A stretch of 64,000 nucleotides of DNA from the human T2T-CHM13v2.0 reference genome, Homo sapiens. The notes beneath the pieces were generated by a model. It was given only the letters and a program-made list of their open reading frames with translations. It was not told the origin of the DNA and searched no databases. The stretch lies in NCBI RefSeq assembly GCF_009914755.1, contig NC_060929.1; one strand, given 5' to 3'. Position 1 is the stretch's first letter. Each line of letters starts with the position of its first letter. The position numbers and the translations under genes were made by a program. Shown one piece after another: positions 1 to 14,479 of this stretch.

Positions 1-155
1 GATTAAAAGTATTTAAATTGACCAATATTTATGATAAAACCAATTACAGCCACAGTCTGCAGGCCAGATATAGTCTGGAGGTTCCCTGTTTAAGATCCCT
101 TAACAAGTTTTTCTTAGACCACTCTCCAAATTCAAGGGACACCTAGCTTCATCCA

Positions 156-384
156 CAGGGCTAGAATTGGGATGATGCAAGGGAAGCTCTTGTCTCAGGG
201 GCAACATTTAAGAGGATCCATGAAAATATCAATAATGTAGATAAATAATGCTTCTATGTAATATTAAAAAATCAAACTAGTGTAAAAATTCCATGATGAC
301 AAAATAGAAAATTTTAAAGAAGGCAGGATTATTATTACTGATTTTCCTTTTCCTTCAGGCTCCAATATGGCTTAGCACAGCATG
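156..384. mobile_element. hAT-Tip100-type non-autonomous DNA transposon fossil (Arthur1-like)
   Basis: CAGGGC start, internal ...aaaaatcaaa...ccatgatga...aaaattttaaa... and end ttttccttttccttcaggctccaatatggcttagcacagca resemble recalled consensus; family name tentative. Confidence 0.55.
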
Positions 385-560
385 TTTGGCCAGGTGTTGA
401 CTTACAGGCCAGTCAGTTGAGGGCAGGGGAGTGAGTCCCATCAATAACCTGAGGGGTCAGTTCTCAGCAGTAGGGACATGGGCCAGGCAGGTACACCACA
501 AAAAATATCTGCTAAAGGATGTGTGTTAGAGCATTATACTTTCTTCTGAAATATGGCCCC

Positions 561-1057
561 TGGATGAGTCAGTTCAGGTTGCCGTAACAAAATATTATAG
601 AATGGGTAGCTGAAACAATAGAAATGTATTTTCTCACAGTTTTGGGGGCTGGAAATCTGAGATCAGGGTGCCAGCATGGTTAAGTTCTAGTGTAGGGTTT
701 CTTCCTAAGCTTCTAGATAGTTGCCTTCTCACCGTATGCTCACATGATCTTTCGTCCATGCGTGGAGAGAAGGAAATAGAGAAAGGGGGAGGGAGGGAGA
801 GGGAGACAGAGAGGGGGAGAGATGGGAGGAGAGAGAAAGAGAGAGTGAGGGCATGAGCAACGAGAGAGCAAACTCTCGGGTGTCTCTGCTTCTAAGGACA
901 CACGTCCCATCATGAGGGCTCCACTGTCATGACCTCATCTAACCCTAATTACCTCCCAAAGGCCCCATCTCCAAATATGGTCGCAGTCACCATGAGGTTA
1001 GGGCTTCAATATGTGCATTTGGTGGGGGAGTGGGAAACAAACATTCAGTCCATAATG
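561..1057 (-). mobile_element. MLT1A-type MaLR solo LTR with internal GA-rich tract
   Basis: Diagnostic motifs catgacctcatctaaccctaattacctcccaaaggcccc and acattcagtccataa; 5-bp TSD gcccc at 556-560 and 1058-1062. Confidence 0.85.
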
Positions 1058-2389
1058 GCCCCCAAAGATTAGAAATACACTTCAAACATTTTTAACTCTT
1101 CTTTAATGGTCTTTCTTGGATTTCTCATGTGTAAATTTTTACTTCTCTTTGTTTAAATTTAGTTATCTTTAGACAGTGTTGTCAAAATATAAGCCCAATA
1201 AATTTTCAGATTTTGTCATTGACTTCTTATTTCAAGTAAGTTGCCAAAAGAGTAGCTTTTTGTAAAGCTGACTGACTCAAAGATTTAACTAGAACATGAG
1301 GCTTGCGTGTTTAACAATTTCTTAAACCCCCAGGACCTGACCAATAATTACGCTTCCAATCCATAAGAAGACAGAAACATTTAGCATATGGTTTTTCTTT
1401 CTTGTCTAGAATCAATCAGAATGTGTCACTTTGTAGCTTGCTATGGTCAATCAAAATGTTGTGCCTAGTTCTTCTAAATGTAAACCTCCTAAAGACATTT
1501 TTCAGAAAAGACTGTCAAATTATTAAGTGATAGGAATGTTGGTAGAGAAAATAAATTCCTTTAGACATTTTATAGGTACTGAAAAATTAGGAAATGCTTT
1601 TATTTTTTTTTACTCTCCTCAAGGGATGTTTTGGTTTTGATTTCAAACACCATATTGGAAAACATTTTAACTGTGAATATAATTCTGAAAACACTTCGAG
1701 CCCTGACAATATCTGTCCTGGGCAGCTTCGTATCAAGCTGGCAAAACAGATCCTGAAAAAATAGGGGAGTATTTTTGTTTTCAGAGTGCTTTATATGCAA
1801 TTCCCCAGAAACAGCTCAAAAAGATAGATACTCTTTTCTAAAAGGTTGCTGGTTTAGCACTTCCCAACTTATAAAGGTTGGAATTTCCCACTGGCTCAGC
1901 GGAGAGATTTGTATCAGTTATTTTAGACTCACTTAATAGCACATTTGTGTTTGAGATGAAGCGTGAGTCCCACCAGACAAAGTAAGATTGTTCTTAAAAA
2001 TTGGCCTCCTTCTCCCTCCCACCCATGTATACTCAGATCTAAAGTTGCATCTTCTAAATGTTATTCCACAGCTAGATATGACATCCCATCTTAAACCAGC
2101 AGCAGTAACTTCTGTTTCTCTTTGTAGAGAACATGACTGGATGTACAGCACACAGCTTTGTGAAGGCTGGAGTTTTTCAGTTCCTTAAGCGAAGCCCTCG
2201 CTATAGTTCCCCCCACCTTCGTGCTCATGTGGTAGTGTAGATCAGAGTGAGGGTGAAGAAAGCTGGTGATACTTGGAAAAGTACCATGAAGGCTTATACA
2301 AAACACGGACAGTGACATTTGCCTCACCACCAGTGGTGATTTCAGGGCATTCAGTGCATTTTATTTTCATTTTTGCAGGGACATTCATC

Positions 2390-2548
2390 ATGCTCTATCT
2401 TGCTTAGTTCTTCCCTACTAAGCTTCCATACTCCTTGAAGGCCGGGCTTCCTTGCAACATTTTGTCCTTCACCACCCCTGGTACTGCATGTGAAGGTCAC
2501 TGAGAAGTGTGCTGAATGCTTGAAATGCTGAGTGTGTTTGAATTGATC
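2390..2548 (+). mobile_element. L2 3' end fragment
   Basis: taagc...ctccttgaaggc and degenerate tgaatg tail. Confidence 0.5.
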
Positions 2549-2574
2549 AAAAGTTCACTTAGGGGAAGGGAAGA

Positions 2575-2785
2575 CTATTATTTACTGAGTGTTTATGCCA
2601 AACATTTGACATAAATGCATTTTTCCTGTGAATCCTCACAATAGTCTTATGAGAAAGACAAAATTATTCCCATTTTGCCAAAAATGGAGAAACTGAGGCT
2701 TTAAATAGTAAATTGCTCTGCATCAGTGGAGTCAGCTGGACCCAGGGTTCTAAACAAGTCTATCTGGTCTGAAGCTGATGTCATC
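2575..2785 (-). mobile_element. MIR SINE
   Basis: aatcctcacaa...cccatttt...gaaactgaggct core. Confidence 0.7.
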
Positions 2786-2952
2786 AGACTGGGCTGCATC
2801 TGTAATTAGAACCAAGGTCCCAGATTCAGGTGCCTGTGGGGCGCAGAATACAGGGAAGGAGCCATAGGAGGACTGGGGTGAAGGAGAACCCCTTCCTACA
2901 GACCTTGTCCAAAGTGGGAGGCCTCTTAGTTTCAGCCAACTTTACAACATTA

Positions 2953-3003
2953 AGAGAGAGAGGGAGAGAGGGAGAGGGAGAGAGAGAGGGAGAGAGGGTG
3001 AGG

Positions 3004-3040
<37 letters not shown>
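2953..3040. repeat. (GA)n/(GGA) polypurine microsatellite
   Basis: Nearly pure A/G tract of ~88 bp seen directly. Confidence 0.95.
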
Positions 3041-3041
<1 letters not shown>

Positions 3042-3235
3042 ATCCATAGATTTGCATTTTTTAGGGATTTTTCAAAGTCTTCCAATTTTTATATTTTAGC
3101 AACGAATTTGATAATAATGCCTGTAAAAGTTAAAAACAGTTCAGTGGGCCAGATTGAGGCTGCAATCTGAAAGTTTTTAGCTGTTATATTAAAGAATAGT
3201 TTTAAAGAATTGCAACTGTTTCCCTCAAGTAGGCA

Positions 3236-3556
3236 CAATCGTCCTTTGGTATCTGATGGGGGTTGGTCCATGGATGCTCAAGGCCCTTATATAAAATGGC
3301 ATAATTGCGTATAACATGCACACATTCTCTCATATACTCTAGATTGCTTATAATACCTACTACAATGTAAATGCTATGAGGTAGTGGTTATACTGTATTC
3401 TTTTAATTTGTTTTTTTCTTTTCTACATCCCCGAGAAACAGATGTTTTAAAATTTGTATTCTTCTTCTTCTTCTTTTTTTTTTTTTTTTAAGGACTTTTC
3501 ATCCATGGCTGGTTGAATCCGCAGATGCGGAACCCGTGGATACAGAGGGCTGACTG
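3236..3556 (+). mobile_element. MER2 (TcMar-Tigger) MITE
   Basis: Imperfect TIRs caatcgtcctttggtatc / gatacagagggctgactg; MER2 motifs ggttgaatccgcagatgcggaacccgtggatac. Confidence 0.85.
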
Positions 3557-3802
3557 GATTGTAACCCTGACTGATGTAACGTGCTACTAGCCCAGGAGAA
3601 CTTAGAGAACTAACTGTAATTACTAGTTTGCTGTTTTATTAGTATATGAAATATTTATGGATAATACTTTCATAAGAAGCGCTTTCGTATCTACTCGATG
3701 TGGAGTGAGGACAGTGAATGCACCTGCTTACTTGTTTTACTTACCCTACTTGATGTGACGTTCTGACTTGAAACGTCATGAAAAACAGCACAGTTATTTA
3801 TT

Positions 3803-4065
3803 TATTTATTTATTTATTTGAGACAGAGTCTCGCTCTGTCGCCCAGGCTGGAGTGCAGTGGCGCGATCTCTCGGCTCACTGCAACCTCTGCCTCCCGGGT
3901 TCCAGCGATTCTCCTCCCTCAGCCTCCTGAGTAGCTGGGACTACAGGCACGTGCCACCATGCCCGGCTAATTTTTTGTATTTTTAGTAGAGATGGGGCTT
4001 CACTGTGTTAGCCAGATGGTCTCGATCTCCTAACCTCGTGATCCGCCCGCCTTGGCCTCCCAAAG
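3803..4065 (-). mobile_element. Alu (Sc/Y-like), 5'-truncated by ~35 nt
   Basis: Alu body ends at cctcccaaag; (TTTA)n tail; TSD agcacagt(t/c)atttatt at 3787-3802 and 4064-4079. Confidence 0.92.
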
Positions 4066-4147
4066 CACAGTCATTTATTAAGCAGTGAACTGATGCTGCA
4101 TCCTGAACTGTATACAGTGTTTCATACAAGCATATGCACTCTCGTAG

Positions 4148-4776
4148 TGATAGTGACAGGAGGCAGCCAAATGCCTAGGCAGATGGGGCAGGTCCCCAGG
4201 GAAACTCCACCTCCAAGCTGAAGACAGTTTAAAGCCTGAAAGCCAAGCTACAAGTTAAATTATCAGACCCGATTGAGAACTTGTCTTCCTGTTTTGCATG
4301 CTTTCCTCTGATTGGTCCCCACTTTTCACCTATTTTACATAAACGTACCCTTTTCTAATTGGTTTTCTACACTGTCATGCGCGCCTTTGAGCAGTGTTTT
4401 TACTTTAACCTTTTTTGTATACTCACAAACCAATCAGCATGCACTCCCCATTCTGAATCCGTAAAAGGCCCCGGACCCAGCCACATGGGAGAACTTTCCT
4501 GCTTTCTAGTATGGGAACCAACTGTATATCCCCTCCACTGAAAGCTATTTATATTGTTCAATAAAATTCTTCTCCGCTCTCCTCACCCTTCAATGTCCAA
4601 CATATCCTCATTCTTCTTGATCACAGTATAAGAGCTCAGGAACTGCTAAACGTGGGTACAAGCTATAACACAGGCAAGCTGGGGCAAGCCAGTGTGGCTG
4701 TGTGAGGTCTGGGTGGGGCGTCACCAGCCAGGGTTCCCCAGATTGCAAAGTGACTGAGAAGAAAAATCCTACATCA
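4148..4776 (+). mobile_element. ERV1 solo LTR (LTR27-like)
   Basis: TGATAG start and CATCA end, CCAAT boxes, AATAAA at ~4560; matches recalled LTR27-type consensus (aggcagccaaatgcctaggcagat). Confidence 0.8.
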
Positions 4777-5951
4777 ACAGGACAGTATGAATGACATGCA
4801 TATGTAACCACATGTAGTTTTGGCATTAATTACTAGTTGCTCATTACGAGATGTTGATGATGCCCCTTGTCAGAGGCAGACAGGGTGGTTAGTCTCTTGT
4901 TCTTGATCTTGGTCCTTTTTATCTATTGTTATCCTGGCTCAGGTCATCAGCCTGTATTGTCATCCTCTTCACTGTCCCAGAGTGTGCCAGTCTCTCTTTT
5001 GACATATGTGTTGATATGATAATCACAGCAAAGTGTGTCTCTTAGCTCCATCTCCTGACATTTGCATCTGCACAGAGTTCAACTGAATTACTATTGCTTT
5101 AGCAATTTCTGTTCCTAACAGCTATTTCGGGAAGCAATATAGTGAGGTGATGCCCTTCACTGTCAATGTTTGAATGCCTGTGAATATCCCCATTCAGTAC
5201 TCCCTTGGTAAGATGACTTTGATGAGCTTCCATGATTTCTATGTAGAAAAAAGAATACCTTCTAAGATGTTGCTAAGGTTCAAATGTCTATTCTTCAATG
5301 ATTGTCCCCTGCATTTCATTGTAAATATGTCTACTTCCCTACTGCAAGGATATAACCTGTCCCTGGATTTTTCAGATTTCCCTGCCTTTTTAAAGTGGTA
5401 TCTTGTCCTTTCTTCTGCTTTTGCCCTGTTTCCTCTCTTTTTTCCTCCCTATTTTGTCATCCCAGAGAAACCACTTTTAATTATTTTTAACTTATAATTT
5501 GGGAATTTAACATCATGTCTGTAAATAACATGCTTTTATTGCTACCACTTGATTTTTCAATTACAGGTGTTGTTTCTGAAACTTCACATATGGAAGGTAA
5601 AGATTTAGCTCCATTTCTTTCCTGATTCCTGCCATAAAATGACCACCTTTCCATCTCCCATTTTTTTCTAATAGAATTAGTTGAAATTTGTTAGATTGGT
5701 ATTCTATATTCAATGTCTGTATTATTATGGCTTCATAAGCACTATAAACAATCAAGCCAAGACATGCACTAAGGGACTCTCCTTCCCCCAACTTGGGGTT
5801 AATAATTGTCATATTTTTCCTGTTGTTTAGTTTTTTAATGTACTTACTTAGTTGAACCTGAAACATTCCAATAATTATCTCAGTCTGTTTTTAGTATATT
5901 CAGATATGTCAGGTAGTATAAATGTTACCTTTTTGGAGCAATTTCTCTTAG

Positions 5952-6279
<328 letters not shown>

Positions 6280-6399
6280 TGACCTGCTATAATCTTGATC
6301 ATCTGTACTTCATGTCTACTGCACAACAGTCTTCCTATGATCTTCCTTTAATATTATCCTGGTGATTCCTTTAGTCTCTTCCCTGTTTCATTCAGAACC

Positions 6400-6990
6400 A
6401 CACCTTCTTTTTTCTTGGTTTACAGCCCTCTTTGGAGGGGCACATGTGCTGGTAGTGTCCAGTGAAAGGGTGCATGGGAGATCAATATTTTGAGACATTA
6501 CATAATTTTAAACATTTCTAATCTTTCTTCACACTGAATTGATAAGTAGCTGCTGATAATTTACCTTCAGAATTTTAAAATTATTACCTCATTGTCTTTT
6601 GGGTTCCAGAGTTGTTGTTGAGAAGTCTCAGTCCATTCTCCTTCCTGGTCTTTTGCATGTCACTTCTACTTTTAACCCCTTTGGAAACTTATAGAATATT
6701 ATTTTTTTTTATTGTCCCAAAATTTCACATTGACGTGCTTTGGTATACATTTACTTTCATCCATTTTGCTGGTTACTCAATATGCCTTTTAAATTTGATT
6801 TCTTTTATCCTTCAGTTCTGGAAATTTTCTTGAATAATAATAATAGTTATTCTTTGAATGTTTCATTAACCTCCATTTCCTCTGCTCTCTATCCTATTCA
6901 GAAGTTAGACCTCTTAGACTGCTCTTCTAATTTTCTTATCTTTGCTTTCCTGTTTTTAATTTGTGTCTTTATGTTCTGACTTTCTGAAAA
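6400..6990 (-). mobile_element. Old L1M/HAL1 fragment
   Basis: T-rich antisense L1 motifs (cattgtctt...gttgttgagaagtct). Confidence 0.5.
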
Positions 6991-7596
6991 GTCCCTCTCT
7001 TGCCCTTCCTCCTTTTCCATTTTTTTCTTTCTTGAAGTTGATCACTACTACATGTGAAAGGGGTTTACCAAGAAAAAACTAGAATGAAGGATGTTGATTT
7101 GGGGAAGGCTATACTTTTTTAGAAATGAATTTATTGAGATGTAATTAATACCACAAATTTCATCCTTTTAATGTATACAATTTAGTGGTTTTAAGTATAT
7201 TCATAATATTATACAACCATCACTAGCATCAAATTTTGGAACATTTCCATCACCCTACACCCCAATAAGAAAACCCATATTCATCAGCAGTCACACCCAT
7301 TCCCTCCTTGCCCTCCCTCCTGAAAACCAATCATCAACTTTCTATTTCTATGGATTTTCCTATTTGACATTTCATATAAATGCAATCATACAATATGTGG
7401 TTTATGTCACCGACTTTTTAACTTAGCATTATGTTTTCCAAGTGTATTTATTTTGTAGCATGTGTCAGTAATTTTTATAGTGGAGTTATAGTCCATTGTA
7501 TGAATATGCTATTACCTGTTTATCCATTCATTTGTTAATGGAAATTTAGGTTATTTACAGTTTCTGGCTATTATGAATAATGCTAGTAAATGCTAG

Positions 7597-7860
<264 letters not shown>

Positions 7861-8637
7861 ACTGTTTAACTTTTTGAGGAACTACCAAACTATTTTCCAA
7901 AGCACCTGCGCACATTTACAATCCCACAAAAACGTTAAGGGTTCCCATTTCTTCAGATCTTTATCAACATTTGTTATTTTTCATCAAAGTCACCTTATTG
8001 GGCATAAAGTCGTATCTCACTGTAGTTTTGATTTTCATTTCCCTGATGACTAACGATTTTGAGCATCTTTTTATGTGCTTATTGGTCATTTTTGTATCTT
8101 CTTTGGATAAATATCTAATCAATCTTTACACATTTTAAAATTAGATTGTCATTATTGAGTCATAAGAGTTCTTTATGTATTCTACATAGAAATCCCTTAT
8201 TAGATTTATTATTTGCAAATATTTTCTCATTCCATGTGTTGTCTTTTTACTTTCCTAATGATGTTCTTTGAAGCACAAAATATTTTCTGATAAAATCTAA
8301 TTCATATATTTTCTTTTGTTACTTGTCATTGGTGTCATATCTAAGTAGCCATTGTCATTTGGATTTAATCCTACAGATTCATCTAAGGGTTTTATAATTT
8401 TAGTTCTTACATTTAGGTTGTTGATCAATTTTGATTTAATTTTTATACATGGGATCAAGTAGAGGTCCAACTTCATTCTTTTGCGTATAGATATCCAGTT
8501 ATTCCAACATCATTTGTTGAGAAATCTGTTCTTTCCTAAGGAACTGTCTTGGCATCTTTGTAGAAAATCAATTGATCATACATGTAAGGGCTAGTTTCTA
8601 CATTGTCAATTCTATTTCACTGACCTATATGTTTAAC

Positions 8638-9346
8638 TGTTTTGAGAACCTCCAGATAAACCTGGGTTTCAGTACCAGAGTAGCTAGCAACGATGCCCCA
8701 GTGGGAAATGAAGGGGAGCTGGACATGGGTATATACGGTATGCCTTTCACTGGATACTTCTTTTACCTGGCAGATGGACTAATGCCTAGTTGCACAATTC
8801 ATGACCATATGGTTTCTCACATGGAAAATTTGTTTATATTGGCAGATGCCCTGTGGCTCTTGTCTGACTCATATCCTGTTTATGCCTTCCTGGGAGCCTG
8901 ACCTTGTGTTCCAACAAGGGTCCCAGAGAAGAGCTGGCCCAGGGTAGCCTCTATAATTCTTCAAATGGAAGGTGCAAATTCATTGCACTACCACAATATG
9001 AAATAAATTCAAATATTTTTACTTACAAATCCTGGGCAGGGAGGGTATAATGAGACAGAAAGGTAGTCCTTCATTCTGGCCCATGCAAGACAGGAATGAA
9101 GAGGCAGGCAGAGAGAGAAAGAGAGTGAGCATAGCAAATAGCAGTATACATAAAAGAATAGAATGTGAGTTACTTTAAGTTTGCGGGCAAATGCCTGAAT
9201 GATCCCTTTAAAGGAAGCTGGGGGAAAGCAGGGAGCCCTGTTAGCTAGGCAGGAGAGATGCCTTTAAGTTCTTGTGTCTGGCTACCTGCTTGATCCACTT
9301 GGATGTGGTGATTTGGGTGTGGTGTTTTACTTCTAATGCCTAGGTG
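8638..9346 (-). mobile_element. ERVL-class solo LTR (MER54-like), 5' tip missing
   Basis: Begins tgttttgagaacctccag (LTR 3' end reversed); motifs ttcactggatacttcttttacctggcagatgg and acttctaatgcctagg. Confidence 0.75.
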
Positions 9347-9470
9347 AAATCAAATTGGAAATTAAAAAAATATTTGAAATGAATGATAATAGTGACATAA
9401 GTTATCAAAACCTCTGGGATACAGCAAAAGCAGTGCTAAGAGGAAGGTTCATAGCATTAAATGCCTGTAT
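9346..9470 (+). mobile_element. Short internal L1 ORF2 fragment without tail
   Basis: Translates [36 protein letters not shown], the post-endonuclease region of L1 ORF2p. Confidence 0.85.
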
Positions 9471-9630
9471 CCAAATGCACTTTAGAATCAGCTTTTCATA
9501 TTTGCTAAAAAAAGAATGCTCAAATATTGATAGGGAGTGTGTTGAGCCTATAGATAAATTTAGTGAGTTGCCATCTAACAATATTTAGTCTTTGAATTGA
9601 TGAACATGGGATGTCTCTCAATTTAATTAG

Positions 9631-10039
<409 letters not shown>

Positions 10040-10342
10040 TAGGTATTTTATTCCTTATGATGCTATTGGAAATGGAATTGTTTTCTTAATTTTATTTTTA
10101 GAATGTTTATTGCTGGAGTCTTGTAACCTTGCTGAGCTCATTTATTAGATTTAATAGTTTTTAGTGGATTTCTTAGGATTTTCCATATATACAAGATCAT
10201 TTCATCTGAGAATGGAGATAGTTTTAATTCTTCCTTTCTAATCTGGATACCTTTTTCTTCTTTTTCTTGCCGAACTTGAGTTAGACCCTCCAGCACAGTG
10301 TTGAATAGAAGTGCTAAGAGTGGACATCCTTGTCATATTTCT

Positions 10343-10694
10343 TTTTCTTTTTTTTTTCTTTTCTTTTGTTTTTTTGTTTTTGTTTTTTGTTTTTTTTTGA
10401 GACAGGACCTTGCTCTGTCACGAAGGCTGAAGTGGCACGATCTCAGCTCACTGCAACCCCTACTTCCTGGGTTCAAGCGATTCTTGTGCCTCAGCCTCCC
10501 AGGTACCTGTGATTACAGGTATAAGCCACCATGCCCTACTAATTTTTTGTATTTTTAGCTTTTTAGTATTTTTAGTAGAGATGGGTGTTTTGCCATTTTG
10601 CCCAGGCTGGTCTCGAATCTTGGCCTCAAGTGATCCACCTACCTCGGCCCCCTAAAGTGCTAGGATTACAGGTGTGAGCCACTGTGTCCAGGAC
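10343..10694 (-). mobile_element. Alu (J/early S)
   Basis: Dimeric Alu; 16-bp TSD tccttgtcatatttct at 10327-10342 and 10695-10710. Confidence 0.92.
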
Positions 10695-12434
10695 TCCTTG
10701 TCATATTTCTGATCTTAGGCAGAAATCATTCAAGTCTTTCACCACTAAGTACGATGTTGTCAGTTTTTCAGAGATGACCTTTATCAGGGTGATGAAGTTT
10801 CCTTTTACTCCTAGATTGTTAAGTGTTTTCATTATGAAGCAATGTTGGATATTGTCTAATTTTTTTGGCATCTGAGATGGCCATGTTATTTTTATCATTT
10901 ATTCTACTGATTTGGTATATTACATTGATTTTTCTATGTTGAACTGACCTTGCTTTCTTGACATAAATACCACTGGTTTGTGGTGTATAATTCTCTTTAT
11001 ATGTTGCTAGGTTGAGTTTGCTGGTATTTTTTGCATCTGTATAAAATAATTATTGGTCCATAGTTTTTTTTTTCCTGGTGCTGTCTTCTGGTTTCATATA
11101 AGAGTAATACTGGCCTCATAGAATAAGTTTTAAAATTTTTCCTACTTTTATATTTTTTGGAAGTTTATGAAGGCTTGATGTTAATTCTATGTTAAGTGGT
11201 AGAATTTACCAGTGAAAACATCTGAGCCTGAGATTTTCAATGTGAGAAGTTTTTTGATCATTAATTCAATCTCATTACTTTCTTGGGTATTCGTATTTTC
11301 TGTTTGTTCTTAAGTCAGCATTGGTAGTTTGTGTTTTACTAAGCATTTGTCCATTTCATTTAGGTCATCTAATTTGCTGGCATATACTTATTCTTACTAT
11401 GCCTTTATAACCCTTTTTATTTCTCTTATGTTAGTGATAGTGTCTCCTATTTCATTCCAAATGTTAGTCATTTGATCATTCTCTTTTTTTCTCCCTGTTG
11501 GGCAATGTAGCTAAAGGTTTGCTAATTTTGTTAATCTTTTCAGAGACTCAACTTTGGATTTAATTCCTTTTTCTCTGTTGTCTTCTATTATATGTTTCAT
11601 TCGTTCCCACTCTATTCTTTATTATTTCCTCTAAGCACTGCTTTAGCTGCCTCCCATCAATTGTAGTATGTTTTGTTTTTGTTTGCATTCCCATCAGTAT
11701 ATTTTCTAATTTTTCCTGTGATTTCTTCTTTGACCCATTGGTTATTTAGGGCTCCGTTGTGTAACTTCCACATGCTCGTGAATTTCCCAAATGTCTCTCT
11801 ATTATTGATTTATAATTTCATTTTATTGTGACTGGAGAACATATTTTGTATGATATAAATCTTATGTATATTGAAACTTGTTTTATGTCCTAGGATATGT
11901 CGATTCTGGAGAATGTTCCATATGCATTTGATAAGAATGTATGTTTTTCTGTTATTGGTTGGAGCATTCTATAGATTTTAGCTAGGTCTAGTTGGTTTAT
12001 AGGGTTGTTCAGTGCTTTTATTTCTTTGTTGATCTTTTGTTTAGTAGTTCTACCTATTATTGAAGGTGGGATTTTGAAATCTCCAATTATATTTTGAGTT
12101 GTATATTTCTCCCTTTAATTATGTCAGTTTTTACTACATTTATTTTGCAGTTTTGTTGTTAGCTTAGTATATGTTTATAATTACTATGTATTCCTGACTG
12201 ACCCTTTTAACATTATAAAATATCTTTCTCTGTCTCTAATAACAATTTTGTTTTAAAGTTGATTTTGTGTGATATAAATTTAGCCACTCCAGCTTCTTTT
12301 GGTTATTGTTTGTGTTGTATGTCTTTTAGTGTTATTTTACTTTCCACCTATGTCTTTGAATCAAAAGTGTGTCTCTTACAGACAGGAGAGAGTTAAATAA
12401 TTTTTTGTTTGTTTTTTTTGTTACTGTTGCTTTT

Positions 12435-12805
12435 AAGTTATTTATTTATTTACTATTTTTAAATTAATACATATTAAATGTACATATTTTGGGGATACAT
12501 TTGATAATTTGGTACATTCAGATAATAATATCAGGGTAATTGGGATATCCATCACTTTAAATATTTATCTGTCTTTTTTTTACTCTAGGAACATTTAAAT
12601 TGTTCTCTTCTAACTATTTGGAAATGTGTAATTGATTAATGTTAACTATAATCACTCTACTAAGCTATCAAATACCAGGTTGTATTTCTTTTACTTAAGT
12701 ATATATTTGTACCTATCAATCAACCTCTCTTTACCTACCCTTTCCCCTACTGTTCCCAGCCTCTGGTTATTGCCAGTCTTCTCTATCTTCATGAGATCTA
12801 CTTTT
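12435..12805 (-). mobile_element. L1MA 3' end nested in older L1
   Basis: tgtacatatttt...gggatatccatcac...cccagcctctgg...tcttcatgagatctactttt. Confidence 0.75.
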
Positions 12806-13569
12806 CATCTGTCGCTCTGTCTTTTGATTGGAGTATTTAATCCATTTACATTTAATGCAATTACTGCTAAGTAGAATTACATTTCATGCAATTACTCCTA
12901 AGCAGGAATTAAGTCTGCAAGTTTGTTATTTATATCCATATGTCTTTTGCCCTTTCTGTTTCTCTATTTCTCCATTACTGCTATCTTTGTATTAATTAGA
13001 TATTTTCTAATATGCCATTTGAAGTCCATAAGACTGCTGGTTTCCACAGCTCCTCTGATTTTTATACTGTTGGTTCTCAAGGCTACTGTAGAGCTAGATA
13101 GTGATGGGAATAGGCCAAGACAGAACACCACAAACCTCATTGTCCTTATGAGATTCAGATGTTTTCCTTGAATAATCACTTCTTGGATTGCTTTATGCCA
13201 TTGGTTAATTTCAGATTTATGAATAAGTTGATTTTGACAATTTTTGCTGGTGTTCCTATTGCTTTTAAGGAAGAGTAGATTTTCAAATGTCCATTGTCCA
13301 CCATTCCAGAGGTGCTCTGGGAATTCCTTGAAATCAACTTTCCATTCTTTCTTTTGACTCTATTTATTCTCTGAGTATTACTTTTTGGAAAAATAAATTT
13401 CTGTTCTTGTTTTCCACACCAAGTAGCCAGGATATTTTATTTCTCTGCAGATATTAAAAGTTAAAATATTTTTTCCCCTGTAGTCTCCATTTCCTCTTAT
13501 TTGCTTCAGCCTCTTTGTTTTGCCTCTCTATGTTAGAATTTTATCCATACAAAATGGCATCTGTAGTAG

Positions 13570-14140
<571 letters not shown>

Positions 14141-14479
14141 ATCAGATATCAGCTCATCCTTGGGTTATATGCTTACATTTACCAGTGGGATTTAAATACT
14201 TTGAGCATATGGGTGGGCCTTGTTGACAGTTGGGTGTCTGGTGCAATCTGTAGGGTAAATGTGCTTCTTGACTTTTCTTATTGCTATTTGGAATTAAACT
14301 TATTCTTTTCTGCTAGTCAATTATCACTTGTCTATCAGCTCTTCATCCTCCAAATTTTATTTGTTTATGTTCTCTTTTTCTTGCATTTGTGAATTTATGC
14401 CTTGGGAGAGAAAGGTTTACTATCATTTTAATAGGCCTTTGGAAAGAATTAGAATTATATGCATGTTTTCAATACATTG

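Noticed and set aside
12845-12910. ~31-bp imperfect tandem duplication in old L1
   Set aside because: Ordinary slippage duplication with no further signal
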